In this document: piece after piece, positions 7,782 to 19,678 of the stretch
Numbering within the stretch: the stretch's first letter is position 1
How the letters are laid out: every line of letters begins with the position of its first letter
Origin: Burkholderiaceae bacterium
GTDB lineage: Bacteria; Patescibacteriota; Saccharimonadia; Saccharimonadales; AQU-01
Direction: 5' to 3'
Length of the DNA: 64,000 nucleotides
Assembly (NCBI GenBank): GCA_043788365.1
Contig: JAYVTZ010000002.1
Location: 124,032-188,031 of the forward strand
The notes under the pieces: model-generated
Told to the model about the DNA's origin: nothing
Seen by the model: the letters and a program-made list of their open reading frames with translations, nothing else
Databases searched by the model: none
Made by a program: the position numbers and the translations under genes

Positions 7782-9119
7782 TTACTGCTTAACCATAGAC
7801 CTATTTTGGCTCATCGCAATCCCGGCCAGTCCCCACCAAATATAAGCTAGAGTGTCGTCAGCCCAAGCGTGAGATACCATGTTTATGAATATTAAGCCTA
7901 CCAGGCTACCCAAGAGAGCCCTGGCCAAGGGGTCGTCTTTCAAGTCGAACAGCCGCTGGAATAGCATTATATTAATTATTACGAATACAACCAGGCCGAG
8001 CAAGCCGACTTCTTGGGCGATTTGAATGAAAAAGTTTTCTGATATTTTGATTGGGCCCTTAGTATTACGAAGCGAAGCAGGTCCTGCGCTACCGACACCA
8101 CTGCCAAGAGGGTGTCTAATTACATCCTTTGTTGCCTCTTCAAGCGCTGAAACCCGAGCATTATTAGAGCTTTGGCCAGAGGTTGACCGGCTAGACGAGT
8201 GAAAAAATACATTTTGGAGTACATAGTTGCGACTAAGTATCGGCATCATTAAGCCCAAAGTTATCAGGACCGTAGAAAATATAATTAGATTTTTCCTATT
8301 TAGAAACCTGCGTTCATAGACTATCAAGATAGCCACTAGACCGAGCATTGTGCCAACTAAGGCGCTACGTGAATAAGTCATCAATATAACAAATAAACAG
8401 AGTAGCCCGAAGCCTAAATAATAAGCTCTGTGTCGCTTGGCCCCCAAACCGAGCGACAAGATTAGACAGCTAACCACTACAAGATATGCGCCAAGTGGGT
8501 TTGGCCCTCGAAGAGTTGACTGGACACGAACAAAGTCTGGCTTACTGTCTACCGTATGATAGGGAACAATGGTCTGCTTACTATAGCCAATATGCGCGAG
8601 TATGTCTTTGGGCAGAACCGTAGTCTGCAAAGCGCCAAACAACACTACTATTAGTGCTGGCATTAGAATTAGCATTTTCCAGTTAAAAGCCCTACCTAAA
8701 TTGCTAAACTTAAATACCAGATAAGTTACAATAAAAAACCCAACCAGCCGCAGGTCAATCATCAGTCCATATATAACTGCCAAGTGACTAACACGGTGAC
8801 TAATAAGATCATAAAAGCTTGTTAAAAGTAGAATAAGAGTAAAAACTAATATAGAGACTATGAGTTTGTCATTTGGGATGAGTTTAAGTTTTGTGCGGTT
8901 TTTAACTCGATAGAATGTCAGCATTAAGACTAGTCCAGCCAGAACAATCTCTTTGATTATTCTGAGTAAGTCAAAATGCCCGTAGTGGCTAGCAAGAAAA
9001 ACGGTAATCGGAGCATAGAATGGTGCGACTATAAATATAAAACCAATGCCAAGACCCATTATGTGTAGAAGGTAATTTTCTGTGGCTGAATCTAGACGGT
9101 TTTGTTTAGGTCTCAACAT
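7782..9119 (-). CDS. O-antigen ligase (WaaL/Wzy_C)-family membrane protein
   Basis: Many TM helices; RVQSTLRGPNPLG, TYSRSA, HPLGSGVG and ENFFIQIAQEVGLLG motifs. Confidence 0.85.
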   Translation of the reverse strand: MLRPKQNRLDSATENYLLHIMGLGIGFIFIVAPFYAPITVFLASHYGHFDLLRIIKEIVLAGLVLMLTFYRVKNRTKLKLIPNDKLIVSILVFTLILLLTSFYDLISHRVSHLAVIYGLMIDLRLVGFFIVTYLVFKFSNLGRAFNWKMLILMPALIVVLFGALQTTVLPKDILAHIGYSKQTIVPYHTVDSKPDFVRVQSTLRGPNPLGAYLVVVSCLILSLGLGAKRHRAYYLGFGLLCLFVILMTYSRSALVGTMLGLVAILIVYERRFLNRKNLIIFSTVLITLGLMMPILSRNYVLQNVFFHSSSRSTSGQSSNNARVSALEEATKDVIRHPLGSGVGSAGPASLRNTKGPIKISENFFIQIAQEVGLLGLVVFVIINIMLFQRLFDLKDDPLARALLGSLVGLIFINMVSHAWADDTLAYIWWGLAGIAMSQNRSMVKQ

Positions 9120-9224
9120 AAATGCTACAATCAGTATAGGTTAATACGCTTAGAGTGTCAGTCTAAATCATAGATTGTCGGCCGGTTAATCTACACTTAC
9201 GATAATTATGAGAATACTCACCCT

Positions 9225-10682
9225 GTGAAAAGCAATTCCTCAATCACCTATAACCTGTTTTTGATGATTGGCGACTTCTTGGCGCTCATCGCTGCTTTTG
9301 TCGGTGCTTACATTCTTCGTGTTACTCTTGATGCCAGACCATTAATTGAAGCGATTCCGGCTCGTACCTACTTGGGAGTATTTTTAGCCCTGCTGCCGTT
9401 CTGGCTGATAATTTTCGCCTTATTGGGGTTATATAACAGCAACATCTATGAAAAACGCTTTAGCGAAGTTGGACGACTAGCAATCGGCTCGTTTATGGGC
9501 CTGTTGTTTGTGGTGTTCTGGAACTTTATAGCCGCCAAACCTATTTTCCCAGCCCGGCTCGTACCATTTTACGGATCTGCCCTTGCCTTTATATTTCTAG
9601 TATTATTCCGCAACCTAGCCCGAATCCTAAAAAGAATCTTGTTTAGCTACGGTATTGGTCTTACGAATGTACTAATAGTCGGTAATACCGTACTTACTAA
9701 TGAGCTAGTCGATTCACTAATTGACAGTAGGCACTCCGGCTACCGAGTTATTGGCGTCGTTGGCCGTGAAAACTCAAGCCTAGAAAAACACTCTAGCCTG
9801 ATAATTTATAAAAGCTTTAATGATGCAGTCGATGGACTGGGTGCAGAATCAATTCATAGCATAGTCCAGACCGAACTCTACGCCGACGAACTAAAGAACC
9901 AAGAGATTCTTGGGTTTGCACAGTCTCATCATGCTGGCTATCGCTTTACGCCTGGCAATTCTGAATTATTTGTCGGCAAACTCGATGTTGAACTTTTCCG
10001 CTCGTCTATTCCTGTTATTGCTGTTCATCAAACTGCACTTTTTGGTTGGGGTCGAGTTGTGAAACGTTTATTTGACCTGTTTGCAGCATCGATAATATTG
10101 GTCATCGCGTCGCCAATAATGCTATTAATCTCTGTTGCTATCAAGCTAAGTGACGGCGGCCCAGTTTTTTTACGTCAAACCAGGCTGACTCGTTTTAACC
10201 GAGAGTTTAAAGTCTTTAAATTCCGCTCGCATAACCAGACCTATAACAACATGACACCCGATGAGGCTTTTGAAAAGATGAAAAGGCCAGATCTTTTAAA
10301 AGCATTTAGGCAAAATGGTAACTACCTGCTTAAAGATCCTCGGGAGACAAAGATTGGCCACTTTATCCGTGTTACGAGCTTGGATGAACTACCTCAATTA
10401 TTTAATGTAATCACCGGCGACCTCAGTCTTGTTGGCCCACGCGCATTAATTCCAAAAGACCTAGCCGAATATCAAAAGCGGCACACGATTTTAAGCGTTA
10501 AGTCTGGGATAACTGGTTTGGCGCAAGTTTCTGGTCGCAATAATATTCCGGTTGATGAGCGTCGCAAACTCGATATTTACTACGCCCAAAACTGGAGTTT
10601 CTGGCTCGATATTGTTATTTTACTCAAGACCGCTAAGGCAGTGATGGTACATGAAAACGAGGACAAAAGTACTCTGGCATGA
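9225..10682 (+). CDS. Polyprenyl-phosphate priming sugar phosphotransferase (WcaJ/WbaP family)
   Basis: KRLFD, FKFRS, SLDELPQLFNV..GDLSLVGPR and GITGLAQVSGR motifs. Confidence 0.92.
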   Translation: MKSNSSITYNLFLMIGDFLALIAAFVGAYILRVTLDARPLIEAIPARTYLGVFLALLPFWLIIFALLGLYNSNIYEKRFSEVGRLAIGSFMGLLFVVFWNFIAAKPIFPARLVPFYGSALAFIFLVLFRNLARILKRILFSYGIGLTNVLIVGNTVLTNELVDSLIDSRHSGYRVIGVVGRENSSLEKHSSLIIYKSFNDAVDGLGAESIHSIVQTELYADELKNQEILGFAQSHHAGYRFTPGNSELFVGKLDVELFRSSIPVIAVHQTALFGWGRVVKRLFDLFAASIILVIASPIMLLISVAIKLSDGGPVFLRQTRLTRFNREFKVFKFRSHNQTYNNMTPDEAFEKMKRPDLLKAFRQNGNYLLKDPRETKIGHFIRVTSLDELPQLFNVITGDLSLVGPRALIPKDLAEYQKRHTILSVKSGITGLAQVSGRNNIPVDERRKLDIYYAQNWSFWLDIVILLKTAKAVMVHENEDKSTLA

Positions 10683-11797
10683 GTAAAATAGATTTATCAA
10701 ATTTTAAAGTTGCGATTGTTCACGACTGGTTGATTGGCGGTGGCGCTGAAAAGGTGGTGCTAGAACTTCATCATATGTTCCCCGAGGCGCCGATTTACTC
10801 GTCTTATGCTACAAAAGAATGGCGCCAAAAGCTCGATAATAAAGTTATTACTGGTTACTTGGGCCGTAGGCCGTTTTCGAAAATCAGAAAATTTGTGCCA
10901 TACCTTCGAGCCGGCTGGTTTAGCAGCCTAAAGCTTGATGATTATGATTTAGTAATAAGTAGCTCTGGCGCCGAAGCTAAGGGCATAAAAACTAGTGCCA
11001 AAACCGTTCACATTAACTATTGCCACGCCCCAACTCATTATTATTGGAGTCGTTATGATGATTATCTGATTAATCCTGGCTTTGGTAGGCTTGACCCGCT
11101 GGCCAAGATTGGCCTAAAGGCTCTCGTCGCTCCAATGCGCAGGTGGGACTACAAAGCCGCCCAACGACCAGATTTTATGATTGCTAACTCTGAGCACACC
11201 AAAGAACAGATCAAGAAGTACTATGGGCGCGATGCGATTGTAGTCCATCCACCGGTAGATATTGAAAGATTTATAACTAAAAAAACTAAGCGACGGTCTG
11301 GCTTCGTAATCGCTGCCCGCCAGACCCCATATAAACGCGTCGATTTAGCAATCATGGCCTGCACCGAACTTGGCTACCCACTAAAAGTTATCGGTAATGG
11401 GCCCTATCACGATAAGCTAATATCTATAGCCGGGTCATCAATTGAATTTTTGACTAATGTTTCGGACGAAGACATGGTCACTCATTTCCAGTCTGCCGAA
11501 GGCTTTATCTTCCCTGGCACAGACGACTTTGGCATCACACCAGTTGAAGCCATGGCTGCCGGTACGCCTGTGATTGCTTACATGGCTGGTGGCGCTCTCG
11601 ATTATGTGATTAAGGGCAAGACTGGGCTATTTTTTGGAAGTCAAACGATTGCCAGCCTAGCTAATACCTTGAAAGATTTTGTTAGTCTAAAGTGGGACTC
11701 AAAACTAATATCTAAATCATCCGAGGCCTTTAGCCCTGAAAATTTCCAGGCTGAGATGTCGGCCACTATCATAAAGTTTATGCAGGAAAAGAAATAA
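10679..11797 (+). CDS. GT4 glycosyltransferase (WbaZ-like mannosyltransferase)
   Basis: VAIVHDWL.GGGAEKV and DDFGITPVEAMAAGTPVIA. Confidence 0.9.
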   Translation: MSKIDLSNFKVAIVHDWLIGGGAEKVVLELHHMFPEAPIYSSYATKEWRQKLDNKVITGYLGRRPFSKIRKFVPYLRAGWFSSLKLDDYDLVISSSGAEAKGIKTSAKTVHINYCHAPTHYYWSRYDDYLINPGFGRLDPLAKIGLKALVAPMRRWDYKAAQRPDFMIANSEHTKEQIKKYYGRDAIVVHPPVDIERFITKKTKRRSGFVIAARQTPYKRVDLAIMACTELGYPLKVIGNGPYHDKLISIAGSSIEFLTNVSDEDMVTHFQSAEGFIFPGTDDFGITPVEAMAAGTPVIAYMAGGALDYVIKGKTGLFFGSQTIASLANTLKDFVSLKWDSKLISKSSEAFSPENFQAEMSATIIKFMQEKK

Positions 11798-12807
11798 TGC
11801 CACAGAAGATATTAGTTACGGGTGGCGCCGGATTTATTGGTTCACATACGATTGTCGCTTTACACGAAGCAGGCTATTTGCCGGTAGTAATTGACGATTT
11901 TTCGAACAGTAAACCATCTGTAATTGAACGGCTTAAGGAGCTAACTACGCCTGAATTAGAATCTTACGAAGGCGACATAACTAATAAGCAATTTTTGAGT
12001 AAAATTATACGGAGCGTTAAGCCTGAAGCAGTAATCCATTTTGCAGCCAAAAAGGCCGTAGGCGAATCGGTCGCTAAGCCGCTAGAATATTATCGTTCCA
12101 ATGTTGATGGACTTCTAACCGTTTTAGAGTGCATGAACGAAAACGACATAAATAATGTCGTCTTCTCATCGTCGTGCACAGTCTATGGCGAGCCTGATGA
12201 ATGCCCGGTTACCGAACTTACTCCTCAGAAGCCCGCCACCAGCCCATATGGTGCTACCAAGCAGATGTGTGAACGCATCCTTGAGGATACGGCCGTATCA
12301 AACAAGCTCCATGTCGTGTCGCTTAGATATTTCAATCCAGTCGGTGCTCACCCTAGCGCCAAAATTGGTGAACTACCAATCGGCGATCCGAGTAATCTTG
12401 TACCCTTCCTAACTCAGTCAGTCGCAGGATTACGCGGCCCGTTAACTGTCTTTGGTGATGACTACGACACCCCTGACGGCACATGTATCAGAGACTTCAT
12501 CCACGTCATGGATTTAGCCGAGGCCCACGTTGCCGCACTTAAATTTGCTGACTCTAATGACGGGTTTAATACTTTCAATATTGGTTCCGGCAAGGGTAAT
12601 AGTGTCTTAGAGCTAATTAATAGTTTCGAAAAAGTGACAGGTCAAAAAGTTGAGTATAATGTTGGCCCACGCCGCCCTGGTGACGTAATTAAAATCTGGG
12701 CGAACGCCAGCAAGGCCAAGACTGACCTAGGTTGGCAATCCAAAAGAAGTCTAGACGACTCAATGCGCGATGCTTGGCACTGGCAAGAGTCACTCGCAAA
12801 ACAATAA
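11797..12807 (+). CDS. galE: UDP-glucose 4-epimerase
   Basis: [30 protein letters not shown] and DGTCIRDFIHV. Confidence 0.95.
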   Translation: MPQKILVTGGAGFIGSHTIVALHEAGYLPVVIDDFSNSKPSVIERLKELTTPELESYEGDITNKQFLSKIIRSVKPEAVIHFAAKKAVGESVAKPLEYYRSNVDGLLTVLECMNENDINNVVFSSSCTVYGEPDECPVTELTPQKPATSPYGATKQMCERILEDTAVSNKLHVVSLRYFNPVGAHPSAKIGELPIGDPSNLVPFLTQSVAGLRGPLTVFGDDYDTPDGTCIRDFIHVMDLAEAHVAALKFADSNDGFNTFNIGSGKGNSVLELINSFEKVTGQKVEYNVGPRRPGDVIKIWANASKAKTDLGWQSKRSLDDSMRDAWHWQESLAKQ

Positions 12808-12808
12808 T

Positions 12809-14572
12809 TCAGTGGGCAAACTTTTTAACAAGTTCGATTGTAGCTTCAGCTAGAGCCTTGGCTTTTGTATCGCCTGATGATTTAACTTGCCCTAAATCAC
12901 CATCAAAGTCATGATGAATTTGCGTATAAACTTTTATTTTGGGCTCGGTGCCAGACGGCCGTATTGTGACGCGGTCACGACCATCCTCAGAAAACTCGAA
13001 TCTTAAAACATCCTCAACTTTGCCTTCGATCTCTTCACCAAGCAAATAATCACGAGTCTTTATTACTTGCTGATTGCCAATCATTGTTGGCGGATCTTTG
13101 CGTAAACTATCCATACAAGTCTTCATGGCATGAAAACCACTTGCACCCGTGTAAGTTATAGACTCAAGTTGCTCTTTGTAATATCCGTGTTTTTCATAAA
13201 GCTCATTAAGCCTTGTTATCAAAGTTTTGTTTTCGTTTTTCATTTTGCTCGCGAGTTCTGCGGCTAATAATGAAGCCCCGGCAGCATCTTTGTCGCGACA
13301 ATATGAGCCTACCAATGCACCATAGCTTTCCTCGCCACCGAATAAAAATTTCTCATCGCTTTTGTCGCAATAAATATGTATCAGTTCACCAATATATTTA
13401 AAGCCGACCAGTAGATTACCGCGCACGTTCACGCCATAATCTCGAGCGACATCGTATAACATATCGGTCGTAACAATAGTTTTAGCAATGAAGTCTTTAG
13501 GGCTAATTTTGCCTTGGTCGTGTTGAGAGCCGAGTAGGTAATCACAAAGTAGTACTGCCATCTGATTGCCGGTCAACTGTACTACTTGGCCATTTTCGAC
13601 TACAAGCACAGCAAGTCTGTCTGCATCTGGATCATTAGTAATGGCAATGTCACAATCATCACTTAGTGCAAGCTGGCTGACTTTGTCGTTTGCAATTAGT
13701 AGCTCAGGGTTAGGAATATTGTTTGTAACATTAGTAAAATTACCATCGTAGTTACTTTGTTCTTCAAGCAACGAAACCTCAAACCCGGCCCGCCTTAGAG
13801 TCGGTAACACACTACTCATACCTGCACCGTGAAGTGGCGAGTAGGCAATTTTTGCCGATCTAAAATCCGCACTTTGTGATTGTCCAAGCACGGCTGCAAA
13901 GTAAGCTTCATCTTCCTTATCACCAATCAAAACAATTTTGCCACTAGCAACAGCTTTATCATAATCTGTTTGTAGTATTCTGTTGGTTGATTCACATCTA
14001 AGTAGGAGTTCGTAATCGTGGGGCGCAACAACCTGTCCGCCATCACCCCAATAAATCTTTATGCCATTGTCACTGCTTGGATTATGGCTAGCGCTAATTA
14101 CTACACCTGCCAAAGTGCCTAGCTGACGCACCATAAATGATAATTCAGGAGTTGATCGAACATCATCAAACAGATAGGTTCGAAGGCCATTAGCGGCAAA
14201 CACTGTAGCTACATATCTACTCAGCTCAACTGAGGTATTACGACTGTCATATGCTATAACTACCCCCTTATCCAACTCACTACCATGTAGTTCTTCGGCA
14301 TAGTCTGATAGTGCTTGCGCCGCTTCACCGATCGTTACTTTGTTGACTCGATTACTGCCCACTCCAAATGTTCCTCGTCTACCACCTGTGCCAAACGGCA
14401 AAACCCGAAAGAAATTATCTTCAAGAACTTTCCATTCTTTGGCGGCAACCAAAGTTTCGATTTCTTTATGGTATTCTGAGAATTTATCGCCACTCAACCA
14501 CTCGATTATGTGCTGTTTAGCGTCACTCGATAATTCACTAACCGAATTAACCTGTTCAATAAGTCTTTCCAT
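12809..14572 (-). CDS. pgm: Phosphoglucomutase/phosphomannomutase
   Basis: FGTGGRRG, SASHNP, DPDADR, GGEES and RPSGTEPKIK. Confidence 0.92.
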   Translation of the reverse strand: MERLIEQVNSVSELSSDAKQHIIEWLSGDKFSEYHKEIETLVAAKEWKVLEDNFFRVLPFGTGGRRGTFGVGSNRVNKVTIGEAAQALSDYAEELHGSELDKGVVIAYDSRNTSVELSRYVATVFAANGLRTYLFDDVRSTPELSFMVRQLGTLAGVVISASHNPSSDNGIKIYWGDGGQVVAPHDYELLLRCESTNRILQTDYDKAVASGKIVLIGDKEDEAYFAAVLGQSQSADFRSAKIAYSPLHGAGMSSVLPTLRRAGFEVSLLEEQSNYDGNFTNVTNNIPNPELLIANDKVSQLALSDDCDIAITNDPDADRLAVLVVENGQVVQLTGNQMAVLLCDYLLGSQHDQGKISPKDFIAKTIVTTDMLYDVARDYGVNVRGNLLVGFKYIGELIHIYCDKSDEKFLFGGEESYGALVGSYCRDKDAAGASLLAAELASKMKNENKTLITRLNELYEKHGYYKEQLESITYTGASGFHAMKTCMDSLRKDPPTMIGNQQVIKTRDYLLGEEIEGKVEDVLRFEFSEDGRDRVTIRPSGTEPKIKVYTQIHHDFDGDLGQVKSSGDTKAKALAEATIELVKKFAH

Positions 14573-14604
14573 ACTATCGATTATACCAATCGTTTACTAT
14601 TAAA

Positions 14605-15645
14605 TTATTTTTTGGCCAGAAAACGCTTGCTTACGTCACCAACTTTTTGAGAATGACTTTTATTGGTGACTAAAATACCATTTTTGGTAACAATGACCGC
14701 TACATTATCAAGACCAATTACGGCTACTGGTGTGGTCGTTTCATTACGAACTAAGCTATTTGTGACGCTTTCTGACTCAATGAATTCACCATGCAGGGTA
14801 TTACCCTGCTCATCCTGAATATTTACGGCGTGAACATCGGGATATGAGCCAACATCCATCCAGTCAAAACTGCCTGGCATGACTAACAGATCTTTAACTC
14901 TTTCAATTAGTGCGGTATCAATTGGCTCACTTTTAAACGATAGATAACGTTTATCATGTTCGGCCGTGTTTTTGGCCTCACGCAATTTCTTATAGTTCTT
15001 TTTAAGAGTTGATGAGTACTTATTTATTGCTTCCTCAAAAACTGACATTGGCGCTACAAAGTAACCCATATTCCATAGGTACCTGCCGCTATCAAAATAT
15101 TTCTGAGCGGTTTTACGGTCTGGTTTTTCTTTAAAACTTAGGACTTTATAGATAGGTCGCCCGCCGTTGGCGTTTTCACCTCTTTCTATATAACCAAATC
15201 CAGTAGCTGGGTTGGTTGGCTCAAGACCCAGTAAAACTATCCTAGATTTTTCAGCTGACATAGCAGCTGCTCGTTTAACGGTATCTACAAAACCATTAGT
15301 GTCACGAATGTGGTGATCGGCGTGCATGAAAATAATCGGCTCGTCAGAATTACTATGTTTTCGTATTCGTGCTAAAGCTGCAATTACGCACGATGCCGTA
15401 CCGCGACGGCCAGGCTCGATAACTAGGTGATTTTCTTTTAGCTCTGGTAATTGCTCTATGACGTGATCAATGTGTGAACCTTCAGAGATGACATAAACCT
15501 CATTCGTCAGCCTTTTGGCTCGATCATAGGTATTTTGGAGTAAACTTTTTTCGTTGGTTAATCTAAGCAGGTGTTTTGGGTATTCAGGTGTCGACATTGG
15601 CCATAGCCTTGACCCCGACCCCCCGGCGATAATTACGATTGTCAT
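14605..15645 (-). CDS. manC: Mannose-1-phosphate guanylyltransferase
   Basis: AGGSGSRLWPMS..PK, EPGRRGTA, ADH, GFGYI, FKEKP, WN.G and WMDVGS. Confidence 0.92.
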   Translation of the reverse strand: MTIVIIAGGSGSRLWPMSTPEYPKHLLRLTNEKSLLQNTYDRAKRLTNEVYVISEGSHIDHVIEQLPELKENHLVIEPGRRGTASCVIAALARIRKHSNSDEPIIFMHADHHIRDTNGFVDTVKRAAAMSAEKSRIVLLGLEPTNPATGFGYIERGENANGGRPIYKVLSFKEKPDRKTAQKYFDSGRYLWNMGYFVAPMSVFEEAINKYSSTLKKNYKKLREAKNTAEHDKRYLSFKSEPIDTALIERVKDLLVMPGSFDWMDVGSYPDVHAVNIQDEQGNTLHGEFIESESVTNSLVRNETTTPVAVIGLDNVAVIVTKNGILVTNKSHSQKVGDVSKRFLAKK

Positions 15646-15688
15646 GGCTATATAATACCAGTTTTATGGCCGATAACAGCCGTCTTAG

Positions 15689-16746
<1,058 letters not shown>

Positions 16747-16747
<1 letters not shown>

Positions 16748-17316
16748 TGGCAGTACCAACTACCGAGTTCACAGCCCATCAAACTGAAATCCCCGGTCTA
16801 TTATGGTTTGACGTAACGAGCATTGGCGACGACCGTGGCTGGTATCAAGAAAATTTTCAAAAGGCCAAACTTGTTGCCGCAGGACTGCCAGAAAAGTTTA
16901 ATATTATCCAAAATAACTTTTCATATAACAAGTTAAAAGGGGTAACTAGAGGATTCCACGCTGAGCCGTGGGATAAATATATAACCGTTATTAAGGGTAG
17001 TGTTTTTGTCGCCTATGTTGATCTACGAAAAGGCGACTCTTTTGGAAAAGCCTTCACTCTCGAAATAACTCCCAATAAAGCAGTTTATTTGCCGCGCGGT
17101 GTCGCTAATTCATTTCAAACTCTAGAAGACGATACTTATTATGTCTATGCGGTTAACGACCACTGGTCAGCCGATAAATATGATGAGTACTTATTTGTGA
17201 ATCTGGCCGACCCAGCTATCGGTATTAAATGGCCAATAGAACTGAGCAAAGCCACTCTGTCCGAACGTGATAAAAACCACCCTATGCTCAAAGATATTAA
17301 ACAAATGGAGGTCTAA
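16747..17316 (+). CDS. rmlC: dTDP-4-dehydrorhamnose 3,5-epimerase
   Basis: DDRGWYQE, GVTRGFHAEPWDK and VDLR. Confidence 0.95.
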
Positions 17317-17317
17317 G

Positions 17318-18166
17318 TTGGACGACTCAAAAATGTTTATCGTTGGAGCTAACGGTCAACTCGGTACTGCCTTAAGGATAAAATACCCCAAGGCTCGCTG
17401 GGCCGACATCGATGAGCTCGACATTACTAACGAAGACTCAATTAGTAATTTTAACTGGTCGGGTATCGAAGTACTCTTAAATGCCGCCGCCTATACCAAC
17501 GTTGATGGCGCCGAGACCAATGAGGGCCGAGCTATTGCTTGGAAAGTTAATGCCACGGCTGTCTCGTCACTCTGCAAAGTTGCCGAGAAAAATAACATGA
17601 CGGTTGTGCACATATCAAGCGACTACGTTTTTGATGGAACCAAATTACCACACACAGAAAACGAAGATTTTAGCCCGTTGTCGGTTTACGGTGCCAGCAA
17701 AGCCGCCGGTGACCTATGCATTTTGCAGACGCCTAAGCATTACTTACTAAGAACGTCATGGGTAATCGGTGAGGGTAAAAACTTTGTCAGAACCATGCTA
17801 GACCTCGCGTCTAGAGGCATTAATCCAGCCGTGGTGTCTGATCAAATTGGAAGGCTAACCTTCACTTCTACTCTTGTATCTGCAATAGACCATCTACTAG
17901 CCTCAAAAGCCGAATACGGTACCTACAATGTCAGTAACGATGGCGAATCGGCATCGTGGTCAAACATAACTCGTAAAATATATGGAATTGCCGGGCTCAA
18001 AAACACCGTGTCAGATGTCAGCACTGCAGATTATTATCAGGGTAAGGAAAACATCGCACCAAGGCCTCTGCAAAGCACACTTGATTTGACTAAAATTAAG
18101 TCAACTGGCCTTACCTTAAACAACTGGCAAGATGACCTAAAAGCTTACATTGATTCCAGCAAGTGA
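17318..18166 (+). CDS. rmlD: dTDP-4-dehydrorhamnose reductase
   Basis: GANGQLG, AAAYTNVDGAE, ISSDYVFDG and YGASK. Start reassigned to TTG 17318 after GGAGG. Confidence 0.93.
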   Translation: MDDSKMFIVGANGQLGTALRIKYPKARWADIDELDITNEDSISNFNWSGIEVLLNAAAYTNVDGAETNEGRAIAWKVNATAVSSLCKVAEKNNMTVVHISSDYVFDGTKLPHTENEDFSPLSVYGASKAAGDLCILQTPKHYLLRTSWVIGEGKNFVRTMLDLASRGINPAVVSDQIGRLTFTSTLVSAIDHLLASKAEYGTYNVSNDGESASWSNITRKIYGIAGLKNTVSDVSTADYYQGKENIAPRPLQSTLDLTKIKSTGLTLNNWQDDLKAYIDSSK

Positions 18167-18663
18167 CCAGCTTTTACTAATAAATCCCTCATGCCTGGCC
18201 AACCGCAATCTGCCTCATCAGGAAGCTCATCAGCAGTAAAGTATCGCAAACTTGCGACGTCGTCTGACGGCTTCATGCTTGAATCGTTGATAATTTCTAG
18301 CATAAAGTAAACACTCGTCACTGGTACACTACCACCCTCCCAAGCATAGTCATTATAGACAGACCCTACATAACTAAGCTCGCCTAAATCAGTCTTGTCT
18401 AGATTTGCCTCTTCCTTGATTTCTCGGTAGCCAGCCTCTTCAAAATTCTCACCAACATCGACAAAACCACCTAAACAATCATACTTGCCAATTTCTGGCT
18501 CGTAAGCACGTGTACTTAAAAGTAGTTCTTTTGTGGACTTTTTGTATAGAACAATTGCAACAGTTGCTCTAGGATTTAGATAGCTCGTCCTCCCGCAAAC
18601 ACTACAAGTATTCTTGTTCCCGACGGTAGTAACTGGCTGACCACAAAATTCACAATATCGCAT
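18145..18663 (-). CDS. NUDIX hydrolase with N-terminal zinc ribbon
   Basis: CEFCG...CSVCG; Nudix box GGFVDVGENFEEAGYREIKEEA. Confidence 0.88.
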   Translation of the reverse strand: MRYCEFCGQPVTTVGNKNTCSVCGRTSYLNPRATVAIVLYKKSTKELLLSTRAYEPEIGKYDCLGGFVDVGENFEEAGYREIKEEANLDKTDLGELSYVGSVYNDYAWEGGSVPVTSVYFMLEIINDSSMKPSDDVASLRYFTADELPDEADCGWPGMRDLLVKAGHLLESM

Positions 18664-18730
18664 ATAACTATTCTACACTGCCTAATTTACTAGTTTGTTG
18701 ATAAAATTAGAATAGTAAAAGAGGATTCTC

Positions 18731-19591
18731 ATGAAAGGTATTATTTTAGCCGGTGGTTCGGGTACACGACTTTATCCAATAACAATCTCGATCAGTAAGC
18801 AACTGATGCCAATTTACGATAAACCGATGATTTATTACCCACTGACGACTTTAATCAGTGCTGGTATAAATGAGATATTGATTATATCTACACCGCAGGA
18901 TTTGCCACGCTTTGAGCAACTCTTGGGTGATGGCCAACAAATTGGCTGTAAATTTAGTTATGTAGTGCAGGAAAAGCCTAGGGGCCTAGCCGATGCGTTC
19001 ATTGTCGGGGCTGATTTTATCGGCAGTGATTCGGTTGCAATGATTCTTGGCGACAACATATTCTATGGTTCCGACTTCGATAGGAAAACCCTGAAATCGG
19101 TAAAAGAGCTTGATGGTGGCATAATTTTCGGCCAACAGGTAGCAGACCCAGAGCGCTATGGTATTGTTGAGTTCGACAAAGACATGAATGTCGTATCAAT
19201 TGAAGAAAAGCCTCTAAATCCCAAATCAAATTATGCAATCCCAGGCCTATATTTCTTCGATAACAATGTTGTGGAGTACGCTAAATCTGCGATACCAAGT
19301 GCCCGTGGTGAAATCGAAATTACTGAAGTCCAGAACTCATATCTCCGCGCCGGTAAATTAAAAGTCGAACTACTTGATCGTGGAACAGCCTGGCTCGACA
19401 CTGGTACTTTCGCAAGCATGAATCAGGCATCACAGTTTGTCCAAGTTATCGAAGAGAGACAAGGTATAAAAATTGGCTGTATCGAAGAGGCCGCCCTGCG
19501 ACAAGGCTTTATTGGCAAAGAACAACTCAAGGTTCTAACTGAACCATTACTTAAAAGCGGCTATGGCAAATACCTACAAAGCTTGTTATAG
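18731..19591 (+). CDS. rmlA: Glucose-1-phosphate thymidylyltransferase
   Basis: GIILAGGSGTRLYP, SKQLMPIYDKPMIYYPL and WLDTGT. Confidence 0.97.
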   Translation: MKGIILAGGSGTRLYPITISISKQLMPIYDKPMIYYPLTTLISAGINEILIISTPQDLPRFEQLLGDGQQIGCKFSYVVQEKPRGLADAFIVGADFIGSDSVAMILGDNIFYGSDFDRKTLKSVKELDGGIIFGQQVADPERYGIVEFDKDMNVVSIEEKPLNPKSNYAIPGLYFFDNNVVEYAKSAIPSARGEIEITEVQNSYLRAGKLKVELLDRGTAWLDTGTFASMNQASQFVQVIEERQGIKIGCIEEAALRQGFIGKEQLKVLTEPLLKSGYGKYLQSLL

Positions 19592-19678
19592 GTTTGCTTT
19601 GTTACTACCTAACCTAGATCATAAGACATCAATCCTAGCCAAATAATTCCACCAAAGATATCAGAGGGAACAATCATT

